64,000 nt of DNA from a virus: positions 1 to 64,000 of IMG/VR virus record IMGVR_UViG_3300008050_000026; one strand, 5' to 3'. The stretch's first letter is position 1. Every line of letters starts with the position of its first letter. Made by a program: the position numbers and the translations under genes. Shown in pieces: positions 17,990 through 27,500 of the stretch. Under the pieces are notes generated by a model. It saw only the letters and a program-made list of their open reading frames with translations, did not search any database and was not told where the DNA came from.

Positions 17990-18856
17990 ATGGGAGAAAA
18001 ATACAATCCAGCTGACCTGCTAAAACAAAATAGGCAGGATAGAGTTAATCCATACGAAAGTGATGGAGGACTTCAAAAAGTAGGTGAGACCTATGGCAAG
18101 ATGATTTCCTTGATGAATGAGAATTTCAACAAGGGAAAAATTGATGAAGCGTTATGCAACAGGGGCTTCGAACAACTGGATGGGTTGATTGAAAAGGCAG
18201 GTCATAGGTATATTCGTAGAGAAGGTACTCCTGGGAATTACAAGTATGTGTATGCTGAAGATGCTAAAAAAGGCGATCACGTAAAAACCACCCAACATAA
18301 TGATAAAAATCTAAGCAGAACAAAAGATACTGTTAAAGATCTTCGTATGACTGGTAAAATGTCAAAAGAGGACTATAAAAAGTATCTTGATGGTGGAGGT
18401 AAAGAAACTGATTATGTTGATCATGGTAAAAAAGAAAAATCTATTTCTGAAGAATACGATACTGAGTTAAAAAGACTTAAGGGTCTCAAGGCAAAGGTTG
18501 ATGATCGAGCTGATAAGACGCATAACTATGCTGAAGGGAAACAGCTGTTAAAAGAAAGTGATAAACTTAAAAATCAGATCGAAAAACTTGAAAAGGAGAA
18601 CAAGCAACAATCTTCAGAACCTGAAGAAAACGATTTTGAACCAGATGGAAAAATTCGAAGTAGACTAAAGATGAATTTGAGTCTTGATACAGAAGATCTT
18701 AATACATTCATTGACTCAATAAAAAATCAAGATCTTGAAGACAAAGTGTTTGGATTATTCACAGGATGGTCTAATAGTAGGGAACAAGGTGAGATGTATG
18801 AAAGAATAGAACGCGAACTTGATATGGCGGGTTATGATGCAGCACATTTGGATTAA
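17990..18856 (+). CDS. putative capsid-internal cargo protein 5 (type II header)
   Basis: ..QLDGLIEK|AGHRYIRREGTPGNYKYVY. Confidence 0.6.
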   Translation: MGEKYNPADLLKQNRQDRVNPYESDGGLQKVGETYGKMISLMNENFNKGKIDEALCNRGFEQLDGLIEKAGHRYIRREGTPGNYKYVYAEDAKKGDHVKTTQHNDKNLSRTKDTVKDLRMTGKMSKEDYKKYLDGGGKETDYVDHGKKEKSISEEYDTELKRLKGLKAKVDDRADKTHNYAEGKQLLKESDKLKNQIEKLEKENKQQSSEPEENDFEPDGKIRSRLKMNLSLDTEDLNTFIDSIKNQDLEDKVFGLFTGWSNSREQGEMYERIERELDMAGYDAAHLD

Positions 18857-18879
18857 AGGTTAGTTGTTAATAAAAATCG

Positions 18880-18887
18880 TAAATTTG
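18880..18887 (+). promoter_or_regulatory. Bacteroidota-type -7 promoter element
   Basis: TAAATTTG in gap before 18907. Confidence 0.6.
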
Positions 18888-18906
18888 TTGAAATTCAGTA
18901 GATAAA

Positions 18907-21714
18907 ATGGACGCATTGGAAGAACTTACAGGAGGCAACCTTACAGAACAAGCTAAGGATAGGATCTCAAAATCATATACATCCAGAGTAGGCGAACGAA
19001 AGATTGCCACAACTGCCTTAGCTGTAAAGACCCTCAACGATAATTTCAATAAGGGACTAATAACTGAAGACCATCTTGAAAAGGCATTCAAACAACTTGA
19101 TGGTATCATCGAGAAATCATTTCATAAGTATCTAAGTCGAGCTGGAACCCCAGGGCATTATAAGTATGTCTACCTTGAAGACCAAAAGAAAGCTGGTCAA
19201 AAAAAAAGAACAGAGGTTGATGTAGAAGGTTCAGGAACAGATGCTTCATTAGATGCACAAGCCGATAAGATTGTTCAAAGTTCAATTGATAGATATAACG
19301 ATCGCCACAACCAATTACTGTTCCATCCAAGTAGATTGCTTGAACGTTCTGTGAAACATGGTTTCATTACTGAGGAGCAATCTAATAATGAAGATTTCAT
19401 TGCTGCTGCCGAAGAGGTTGCTGAACGTTGGACCGAGGATCAGGATCCAGATGGTGATTTTGGTTCATCTGATTTTACAGCAGCTCTGGCAGATTTTATG
19501 GATGAAGCAGGCATCGCTTATCATCGAGGTGAAAGACATGAACTTAAACCAGGGCCAAAGGTAGTAAGCGATGCTGAAGTAAATGAATTAAAAGACCCAT
19601 CTGACCCAGGCTTTACTATCACAGGTGAATATGAAGGTAAACCAGTAGAATTCTCAGGTGAGCAACTTCAAAATGCTATGGATGGTGCTTTCCATAGTGC
19701 AAATACCCCAATGGATTTTGCTATTAAAGTTTTATATGCAGTAACTGATCAGACAAGCGAAATATCAAACGAAGATATGTCAAAGTTAGAATCGTGGTAT
19801 TCAGCAGAAAAAGATAGGTTACGTGGAAGAGGAGATAAGGAAGACGAAGCTGATACTTCATATAAGGGAGCAAATACTGCATTGGCAAAAATTACAGATC
19901 TTGTGAAAGATTGGTCTGGTGATACAATTACAGAAGCTGAAGTTTTATCAGTAATTGAAGCAGCCGATGATTACGGTGTTGAAGAAAATATGTTCAGAAT
20001 AGAACATCCTCGAAATCAAGATGAAGAAAGCAGAAGAGTAAATTTTGCTACTGATTACATTACAAGAAATATTCCTGAAGGGATGTGGTTACATACTATG
20101 GAGCGATCAGATGTTCGTGATATTGTATGGGGAATGGTGATGGCAAAAAGAGGTAATAACAGTATCAAGATATTTGATGCATTAAAAAAATCTGATGTTG
20201 ACATTGATATTTTGAAAAAAGGTAATTCAACACCATTCGTATTTACTGAAGAACAAGATGCATTCCTATTCAATGTGTTTGACATCATGAAAGGTGCTCC
20301 ATCAGGAAAGATTGCTAAGAAGGTCACTGTCAAAAAGAAAGATGGTGGGACTTACATGGCAACACGTTATTTCAGCCAAGAGGAGATTGATGAAATGGAA
20401 ACAAAAGGTACCACCCAAGAGGAAATGGATACCGATACATCCAATAAGATCTATGAAATATTAGAAGGGAGCAAAGCTAAATCAGCTCAACTTCGTCAAT
20501 TGATTGAAATAGGTATTCATAATCCATTCCATTTGATGGCAATGAATACTGATTACAACGAGTCAAATGTATCTCATTATCTTAAGGAGGCAGGAATTGA
20601 TCCAAAGTCATTTGGTTTTGGTAAGAAAAGAAAAGCTGCAACTGTGAATGACGATGGTTCAATTGAATATGAGGAGGACGATGACGAACCAAATCAAAAT
20701 GAATTGGAGCAGGAGATAGAAGCAATGCTTCGAGCTGATGGTTTGCTTTTTGATACTGATCTTATGGAAGCAAATGCTGAAACAGGAAAAGATGCTGTAG
20801 ATACTGTTCAGGATAAATTTGTCAACAAGGTAGCAAAAGGTGAAGCTAAACTGGCTATGATATATGGCACAGGAGGTGTTGGTAAAACATGGGGAGTAAA
20901 ACAAACTATGACTAACCCATCTGTTAAGGATGAATGGGGAGAAGAATTTGGCAATGAGTTAGTAGAATATGACTCAGAACTTCAACCAAATTCTGAAGAA
21001 TACGATTTCATAAAGTTCACAGGTCAAATATCACCTTCAAAACTTTATCGCGCATTGTATGAACACAATGGCAAAATTCTTATGCTTGATGACTGTGATG
21101 CTGTTCTACAAGATAGAACAATGGTGGATATGCTTAAAGGTGCTACAGATACAACATTGGAAGATATTGTTTGGGATGGTATGCCTATCAAACCTACAGG
21201 AGCTGATAAGGATACACCACCACTCCCTACGCGCTTCAAATTCAAAGGGGGCATTATATTCATATCGAATATGACTGAAGAAAAATTAAGACAAACTGCA
21301 TCACCTCTATTAGACTCGAGGGCACTTTCGCTTAATGTATCAAGAACAAAGGAACAGACAATTGACAAACTTGATCGTATCAAACAACACATGGAGTTTG
21401 AAGATACAAAAGGCAATGTCATAGAAGTTTCGCCAGAGTCAAGGGACGCTGCGGTTGAATTTGTGAAAAAATGGTCTAAGTATGCTGATATTGCTAAGAT
21501 CAACGCAAGAACGTTTGGTTCATTGGCAAAGGATTATGAAAGTTCAAAGTATAACGGTGTAGAAGGTTTCTTAAAATCACATTCAGCTCGATCAATAATG
21601 AATGTCCTTGATCATCAGGTTAAGAAGTACATTTATACTGAAAAGAAAAAGGAAATGAAAGCGGCAAAGGATAAAGCTGCTTTGATGAAGTCAATACATA
21701 ATCATATAGGATAA
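18907..21714 (+). CDS. multidomain cargo polyprotein with C-terminal AAA+ ATPase
   Basis: Type II header after IIEK|S; internal DIMK|G plus type III header; Walker A GTGGVGKT (20866-20889), Walker B ILMLDD, IIFISN, LDSR. Confidence 0.7.
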   Translation: MDALEELTGGNLTEQAKDRISKSYTSRVGERKIATTALAVKTLNDNFNKGLITEDHLEKAFKQLDGIIEKSFHKYLSRAGTPGHYKYVYLEDQKKAGQKKRTEVDVEGSGTDASLDAQADKIVQSSIDRYNDRHNQLLFHPSRLLERSVKHGFITEEQSNNEDFIAAAEEVAERWTEDQDPDGDFGSSDFTAALADFMDEAGIAYHRGERHELKPGPKVVSDAEVNELKDPSDPGFTITGEYEGKPVEFSGEQLQNAMDGAFHSANTPMDFAIKVLYAVTDQTSEISNEDMSKLESWYSAEKDRLRGRGDKEDEADTSYKGANTALAKITDLVKDWSGDTITEAEVLSVIEAADDYGVEENMFRIEHPRNQDEESRRVNFATDYITRNIPEGMWLHTMERSDVRDIVWGMVMAKRGNNSIKIFDALKKSDVDIDILKKGNSTPFVFTEEQDAFLFNVFDIMKGAPSGKIAKKVTVKKKDGGTYMATRYFSQEEIDEMETKGTTQEEMDTDTSNKIYEILEGSKAKSAQLRQLIEIGIHNPFHLMAMNTDYNESNVSHYLKEAGIDPKSFGFGKKRKAATVNDDGSIEYEEDDDEPNQNELEQEIEAMLRADGLLFDTDLMEANAETGKDAVDTVQDKFVNKVAKGEAKLAMIYGTGGVGKTWGVKQTMTNPSVKDEWGEEFGNELVEYDSELQPNSEEYDFIKFTGQISPSKLYRALYEHNGKILMLDDCDAVLQDRTMVDMLKGATDTTLEDIVWDGMPIKPTGADKDTPPLPTRFKFKGGIIFISNMTEEKLRQTASPLLDSRALSLNVSRTKEQTIDKLDRIKQHMEFEDTKGNVIEVSPESRDAAVEFVKKWSKYADIAKINARTFGSLAKDYESSKYNGVEGFLKSHSARSIMNVLDHQVKKYIYTEKKKEMKAAKDKAALMKSIHNHIG

Positions 21715-21947
21715 TGGCTAAAGAAGAAAAAACACCAGAAAAAGAAGTTGCTGAAAAAGGTAGTAATACCGAAAGTTCAGGATTGGATTTATCAAATGAA
21801 ACTGATGAGTCACTTAATACAACTTTAAGGGTTATGATGAGAATATATCCACATCAAACAACCCCTGTAATGCAGGCGTATTATGATGAGCTTCAAAAGC
21901 GTGGTGTAAAAGCACCTGAAAAGGAAACAGAAAAAGATGCTGCATAA
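21714..21947 (+). CDS. small hypothetical protein
   Basis: 77 aa; TAATG coupling. Confidence 0.6.
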   Translation: MAKEEKTPEKEVAEKGSNTESSGLDLSNETDESLNTTLRVMMRIYPHQTTPVMQAYYDELQKRGVKAPEKETEKDAA

Positions 21948-21949
21948 CC

Positions 21950-24472
21950 ATGGCAAAAGTAATGCCTGTAGGTACTGTACGTCACTGGAAAAAAGGTGAT
22001 GTAATAAAAGCACATGATGGTACAGCCATGCATTCAGGCTGGATAGGCCTCGAATCTCCAGAACATTTAAGACAAGTTTTCAAGGAAGCAGATACGTTAG
22101 CAAATATTCTGTATAAGAAAAAAGAGCCAATCAGTGGTGAAGTTTACCTTGATCATGAATTGAGGGAAGTAAAAAGACCACCAGATAAGAATTCAGGTCC
22201 TTATTCACCAGACAAATTCAAGATCTACGAAGGTTTCTATGGTGCAGGCAAATATTCGTTCTTCAATGAGTTTTCAAGGTTATTCATGGCCAAGAAAATT
22301 GAAGCACAGGAGTATTATATAGATATGCTTCGAAGATACAATAGGGAGGAGAAGCAAGGGAACGATAGACTTGATAGAACTTCATCTGATGAAAAGAAAA
22401 TGATAAGAAGGCGATCTAAAGAGTCGTTTGTCTTTTCAGGTGAAGAACTTAATGAAGGAGATGCACATGATATTGTAGCCTTAGTCAAAAAGGTATACAA
22501 GCACATGGAAAAAGGTATGAAGCTTGAACCTGATGAAAAAAAGGTTTATGATAAAGCAGCTGCCTTAGTTGATGGATTACCAATTAACTATGTAAGGTTG
22601 AAAGAAGCCATGCGTAGAAAGGAACTTGCTGTTAAGTTAATAGGTAAGAAATTTCCAGATAACTGGGCCATTCGAGAGTCATTCAGAATAAAGGCGACTG
22701 AGAAACTAAATGAATATCTTAAGAAATATAAGGATAGGATAGCTGAAGACGAAGCCAAGGATCAAGAAGCTACATTTGGTGTATCGTTGGATGCTCCAGT
22801 CGATGAGTTCTATGAAGCTGTATATGATAAGATTGATGGCGAACTTCATAAAGTCAAGAATTTTGATTTTGAGACATTAAAAGGTAAGAAGCACGATATT
22901 GTAATGAAAGGTGCTTACAATGGTGAACCTACACATGATTGCGTAGTTATTGACTGGAAAAAAATGATTGAAAAAAATTCAGATCTTCAAGCTGAATTTC
23001 CAGAGGCAACATATTGGATAGGTAAACCAAAACCAAAAGATAAAGAAAGTGATCCTCAGTTATATTATATGTCTCCAATCGAACCAGAGGATGAGCTTTA
23101 TTACAAAGCGCAGTTTCATCAAATGAAATACCCATTTGCTGAATTGGTCAAATTAAGATTTGCGACTAAGTACCAAAAGGAACTTGATGGTAATTGGACG
23201 TTTGATCTACTTCCAGCAATGGAAAACATTGAAAGGGCTCTTACAGGCTTACCAGAAGGACATGTATTGAACAATAAATACATTGAAACGTTCTCCCAAC
23301 AATCATTTAATGGGGGATCACATGGAGGTTATGCTTGGTTCAGTGACCATGATAGTAAGATAAATTTCTCAGATGAATGTGCAAAGCATGCAAGTATCTG
23401 GGCAAGGAGTTCAATTGCACCTGAGTTCAAAGCTACATTATATCATGAAATAGGTCATGGAGTAAGTAAAAGGTTTGGGCGTGATGGGAACCTTGATTAC
23501 AAGAAATTCACAGTTGCCGCAGGTTGGTCATATCATCAAGCTGAATTAAGAGCTGGTTTTACAAGAACAGGTGATGATAAGAATTTACCAAGACATGGTT
23601 CAAATTCTGGTACTAAGTTATTGACAGCTTATGCGCATAAATCACAGGAAGAAGCTTTTGCTGAATATTATTCAATCTATAACCTTCATAAGGATGCAAT
23701 TGATAAATGGTTAGAAACAGGTGAGTCGAAACATCTTAAAGAAACCTATGCTGTTGAGGTACCTATGAAGATTGAGAAGAAACAGTTGAAGGAATATTTC
23801 AATGATGGTTCAAATTGGGCTTTATCGTCTCAAATTAAAAATCGCTTGATTGATTTTAAGGGTAGAAACAAGATAAATATTCAAGAACATCTCGGTTTAG
23901 ATCTTATTTCACCACATAGGTGTTCAACAGTAAAGACTGAGAAAAATAAATACAGTCCTCCAAAGGTCCTTGGAAGAAAACATAGGCAAGCACATTATGT
24001 CCCACCAGTTGTAGCAGTAAAAGACAAGAATAAGTATAAATTACTCGATGGTGTTAATAGGCAAAAGGAGTTTATGTTGAAACATAAGATGATGCCAGCT
24101 CAGTTAATATCTCAGGAGCTTTATTCACAAATGAAGAAAAACGATTTTACTGACGAGGAAATTACAGGTATCGTATCATTTCATTTGAAAGATAGTATGG
24201 TACCTATTCAGGTTTCGCAACCTGTTAAAAGAGAGGGATTGATGTACAGGAACAATGTTCTTGATTATAAGGATCTTGAAAAGAACATCCAGCCCATAAG
24301 GGCTATGAAGAAAATATTTCACAGTTCAGCTTTAGTGAAGGCATTAGGAGAAACATTTGGAATAGTAAAACAAGGCCATGAACAAGGTATTGTGACCGAT
24401 GTTGATTATTTTAATGCCATCGTTAAGTATAATGAACATCGAGAAAAATTGTTAAATGGAAGAACCAGTTAA
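21950..24472 (+). CDS. multidomain protein: zincin-like metallopeptidase plus ParB-like domain
   Basis: LYHEIGH (HEIGH at 23444-23458) with downstream YAHKSQEEAFAE; PPVVAV..YKLLDGVNR; N-terminal PVGTVRHW header-like motif. Confidence 0.7.
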   Translation: MAKVMPVGTVRHWKKGDVIKAHDGTAMHSGWIGLESPEHLRQVFKEADTLANILYKKKEPISGEVYLDHELREVKRPPDKNSGPYSPDKFKIYEGFYGAGKYSFFNEFSRLFMAKKIEAQEYYIDMLRRYNREEKQGNDRLDRTSSDEKKMIRRRSKESFVFSGEELNEGDAHDIVALVKKVYKHMEKGMKLEPDEKKVYDKAAALVDGLPINYVRLKEAMRRKELAVKLIGKKFPDNWAIRESFRIKATEKLNEYLKKYKDRIAEDEAKDQEATFGVSLDAPVDEFYEAVYDKIDGELHKVKNFDFETLKGKKHDIVMKGAYNGEPTHDCVVIDWKKMIEKNSDLQAEFPEATYWIGKPKPKDKESDPQLYYMSPIEPEDELYYKAQFHQMKYPFAELVKLRFATKYQKELDGNWTFDLLPAMENIERALTGLPEGHVLNNKYIETFSQQSFNGGSHGGYAWFSDHDSKINFSDECAKHASIWARSSIAPEFKATLYHEIGHGVSKRFGRDGNLDYKKFTVAAGWSYHQAELRAGFTRTGDDKNLPRHGSNSGTKLLTAYAHKSQEEAFAEYYSIYNLHKDAIDKWLETGESKHLKETYAVEVPMKIEKKQLKEYFNDGSNWALSSQIKNRLIDFKGRNKINIQEHLGLDLISPHRCSTVKTEKNKYSPPKVLGRKHRQAHYVPPVVAVKDKNKYKLLDGVNRQKEFMLKHKMMPAQLISQELYSQMKKNDFTDEEITGIVSFHLKDSMVPIQVSQPVKREGLMYRNNVLDYKDLEKNIQPIRAMKKIFHSSALVKALGETFGIVKQGHEQGIVTDVDYFNAIVKYNEHREKLLNGRTS

Positions 24473-24593
24473 AAAGTGGAAGATCACATACGGTAACCTT
24501 GAAACAGAAGATTACGAGGGTACATTCAATGAAGCGTATGATCATGCTATGGTTAAGAGTAAAGAATTCGAAATTCTACCAGCTGATGAATGA
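24456..24593 (+). CDS. small acidic protein (45 aa) absent from ORF track
   Basis: MEEPVKKWKITYGNLETEDYEGTFNEAYDHAMVKSKEFEILPADE; overlaps both neighbours by a few nt. Confidence 0.55.
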   Translation: MEEPVKKWKITYGNLETEDYEGTFNEAYDHAMVKSKEFEILPADE

Positions 24594-27500
24594 TATAATC
24601 GAAAAATCACCTGCTGGTGTCTACGTAAACAATCCAAAGAATAAAAAGTTGGGTAGGGTAGGTGCCAGATATGGTACGTCAAAGACTGCAGGTGAATATT
24701 ATGGCAAGACTGTTAAGCATTTCAAGGAATATTCAAATGCAATAAATAACATCGCTTCAGAACTCGGAGGTGTTGCAATAGTAGCCCCACCTAAAAAACT
24801 TGAAAGAGTTCAGTATAAAGCCAAACATGAATACGGTGGTGATTTCAAAAAGGTCAAAGACATTTTAAGATCAACAATCGTAATAGGTAGAAGTAAAGCG
24901 TTGGAGCTTTGTGATACGATAAGGAAAAAATACCCATGCGTAAAAGCTTATGTAAATTTTAGTTCAGAAGGGTACCAAGGTGCCAATTTTGTATTTTCAT
25001 TTAAGGGATTTCCAGTTGAACTTCAAGTCAATACTCCAGTCAATATGGTTTTGAAACAAGGCCATGATGATAATCCTGCGTTGAAAAATGCTTATGATAT
25101 GATCAACAGTGCTGGTATACCTACTGGACTTGGTCATAAGTATTACGAAAAGTTAAGACAGGCTGGATTATCTGAAGAAACAAATACTATTGGTACTAAT
25201 TTGATGAACAAGTACTATAACTATAGGGAACTGTTCATGTTGCGTGATGAACTTACAAAGGCTTCAAAACATGGCCATGGTAAAAAAAGAAAACCCATTG
25301 TTGTTTACAATAAGAAGACTGGCAAGACATATACAAGGAACCAGATTGTAGGTGACAAACTTGAAGAACATGAGACTAAGCATCCCATAAACGAGTTCTT
25401 AAGAGGTTTAACAAAATTGTCAGCTGGCAAACAAGCCGAATTCTTCAAATGGGAAAGGGACAATGCAAAATACGTTGAAGTAAATCCAATAAGCGATCTA
25501 CCTCAAGATGTTCAAGATAATATTTGGGCAACAGGTCCTAAGATCAAAGAATGTTTTGGTAATTCTGCAAGGATCGCGATGGGAGGTATAAAGGGAGCTA
25601 AATATGTTGAAGGCTTCGTTTCTTTTGCAGGAGTGATACCTTTGGAACATGCTTGGGTCAAAATTGGAGACAAATATTACGATCCAACAGCTGAAGGTCC
25701 TTTGAAAGGAGGATCAGACATGGGACATTATACAGCATTGATTGAACTCAATGAAGATGAGGTTCTTGATTATATGGTAAAAGAAAGGAAACATGGACCT
25801 TGGGTAGGTTCATATTACTATAATAATAACGTTATGAAGAAAGGACTACTATCTACTTTGTTGAACCCATTTACTAAATTATTCGATAAACCAGAGTATC
25901 CTGAAAACATCTGTAAATCCTCAGATGAGACGACATTCAAGAACTATGCTGACTGTATATTAGTAAATGAAAAAGGTCAGCTTCTTCTACTCCTACGTGC
26001 TGATGGTGATTTTTATCCGAGACACTGGTGTTTGCCTGGGGGTAAAATAGAACAAGGGGAAACACAGGATGAAGGTGCTCTACGTGAATTGCTCGAGGAA
26101 ACAAACATCAAACCAGTAGGTTACAACTTCTTACGAGAATATGATAATGGTGATGGTACAACTTCAAGCTATTATGAAGTCCATTGCAGTGAAAATGATT
26201 TGATGATACTTGATAACAGTGAGCATTACAACTGGTGTTGGGTAGATCAAGTTGAATTAGAAAAGTTACCTTTGATACTAAGTTTACAGGAAAGGCTTGT
26301 AGATTTATTGCCATTGACAACATTCGGTATGTTTCAAGCAAACCCTTTTACAATGACTTCAATAATCGAACAAGAGACCAATAATATTTCACCACAGTTA
26401 CAGGCCAAGCATCAAAAAGAAGATGCTGCATATTACATTATTAAAACTGCCTATGATAATGGCCAACTTGGGGAGGCAGCATTCTTGAAAGCTTCATCGC
26501 AATATACTGAAATCAAAAAAGGACGCCCTGCACAAATTGGTGAGATACGAGAATGGGGAGGAGTTAAGAAACAAAAAACTGCAAATGGATGGGTCCCAGT
26601 TAAATCAGGTAAGAAAGGAGCTAAAGTTGAGGATGAGGGAAAGGATGAGAAAACTGCAAAACCAGAGGATGAAAAAACTCAACATTCTGAAGAGGAACTT
26701 GCTGGACATGCTCAAAACGCTTCTGAAGCTGACCTAAAGAAAACAGTTAGTAATTCCAAGGATGAGAAATTAAGGGTTGCTGCACAAAAGGAGCTTCAAC
26801 GTCGAACCGAACAATCTGATGAGATTACTGGTAAGAACAAAGATGAGGATGCTGATGGTTGGGCTAAGAAAGATGGTGAGGATAAGAAAGGTGCTGGCGG
26901 AGAAGCAAAAACTCCCGAACATGATTATTCTGAAGATGAAGATGGATTTCATGAACAAGTTTCAAGAGCAAGAAAAGCTTATGACAATCCAATGGATGAT
27001 AAGATGAAGGATCATGCAAAGTCTTTCCTTGATGGGGCAAAAGACCATAAGAAGAAAATGGGCTTTGGTTCAGAACCTGAAGACAAATCTGTTGAAAAGG
27101 AGAAATCTGATAATGCAAAAATGAAACAAGTCATGGATTTCCTTGATGGAGAACATGGTGGTGCTTCATTAGAACCAGTAAAAGGCAAGCCAGGGTTGTG
27201 GCGAGACTCAGAAAACGATATTCTTGATAAGAAAGACATAATTGCTCTTCACGAACAGTTTGATAAAGAAGGCTTGTTTGAAGAAGAGGGAATAAGCCCT
27301 GATAGTGGAAAAGATGACGATGGTTATCAAGAATGGTTAGAGAGCAGGAATTGGCGAAAACCACAAGCAGAGATTGATGCAGAGGAAAAAGCAAAGAAAG
27401 AAGAAACAACTGAAAAAGCTGGAGATCAATTATTAGAAGACTTGGGAATTGGTTATTCAACAGATACTTACAGCATATTTTTATCAGATGGGGTAAGTTC

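Noticed and set aside
13755-19173. Repeated header sequences as CRISPR repeats, DGR template/variable repeats or invertible cassettes
   Set aside because: Copies are in-frame, irregularly spaced and differ mainly at synonymous sites rather than adenines; no reverse transcriptase, recombinase or cas gene is in the window.
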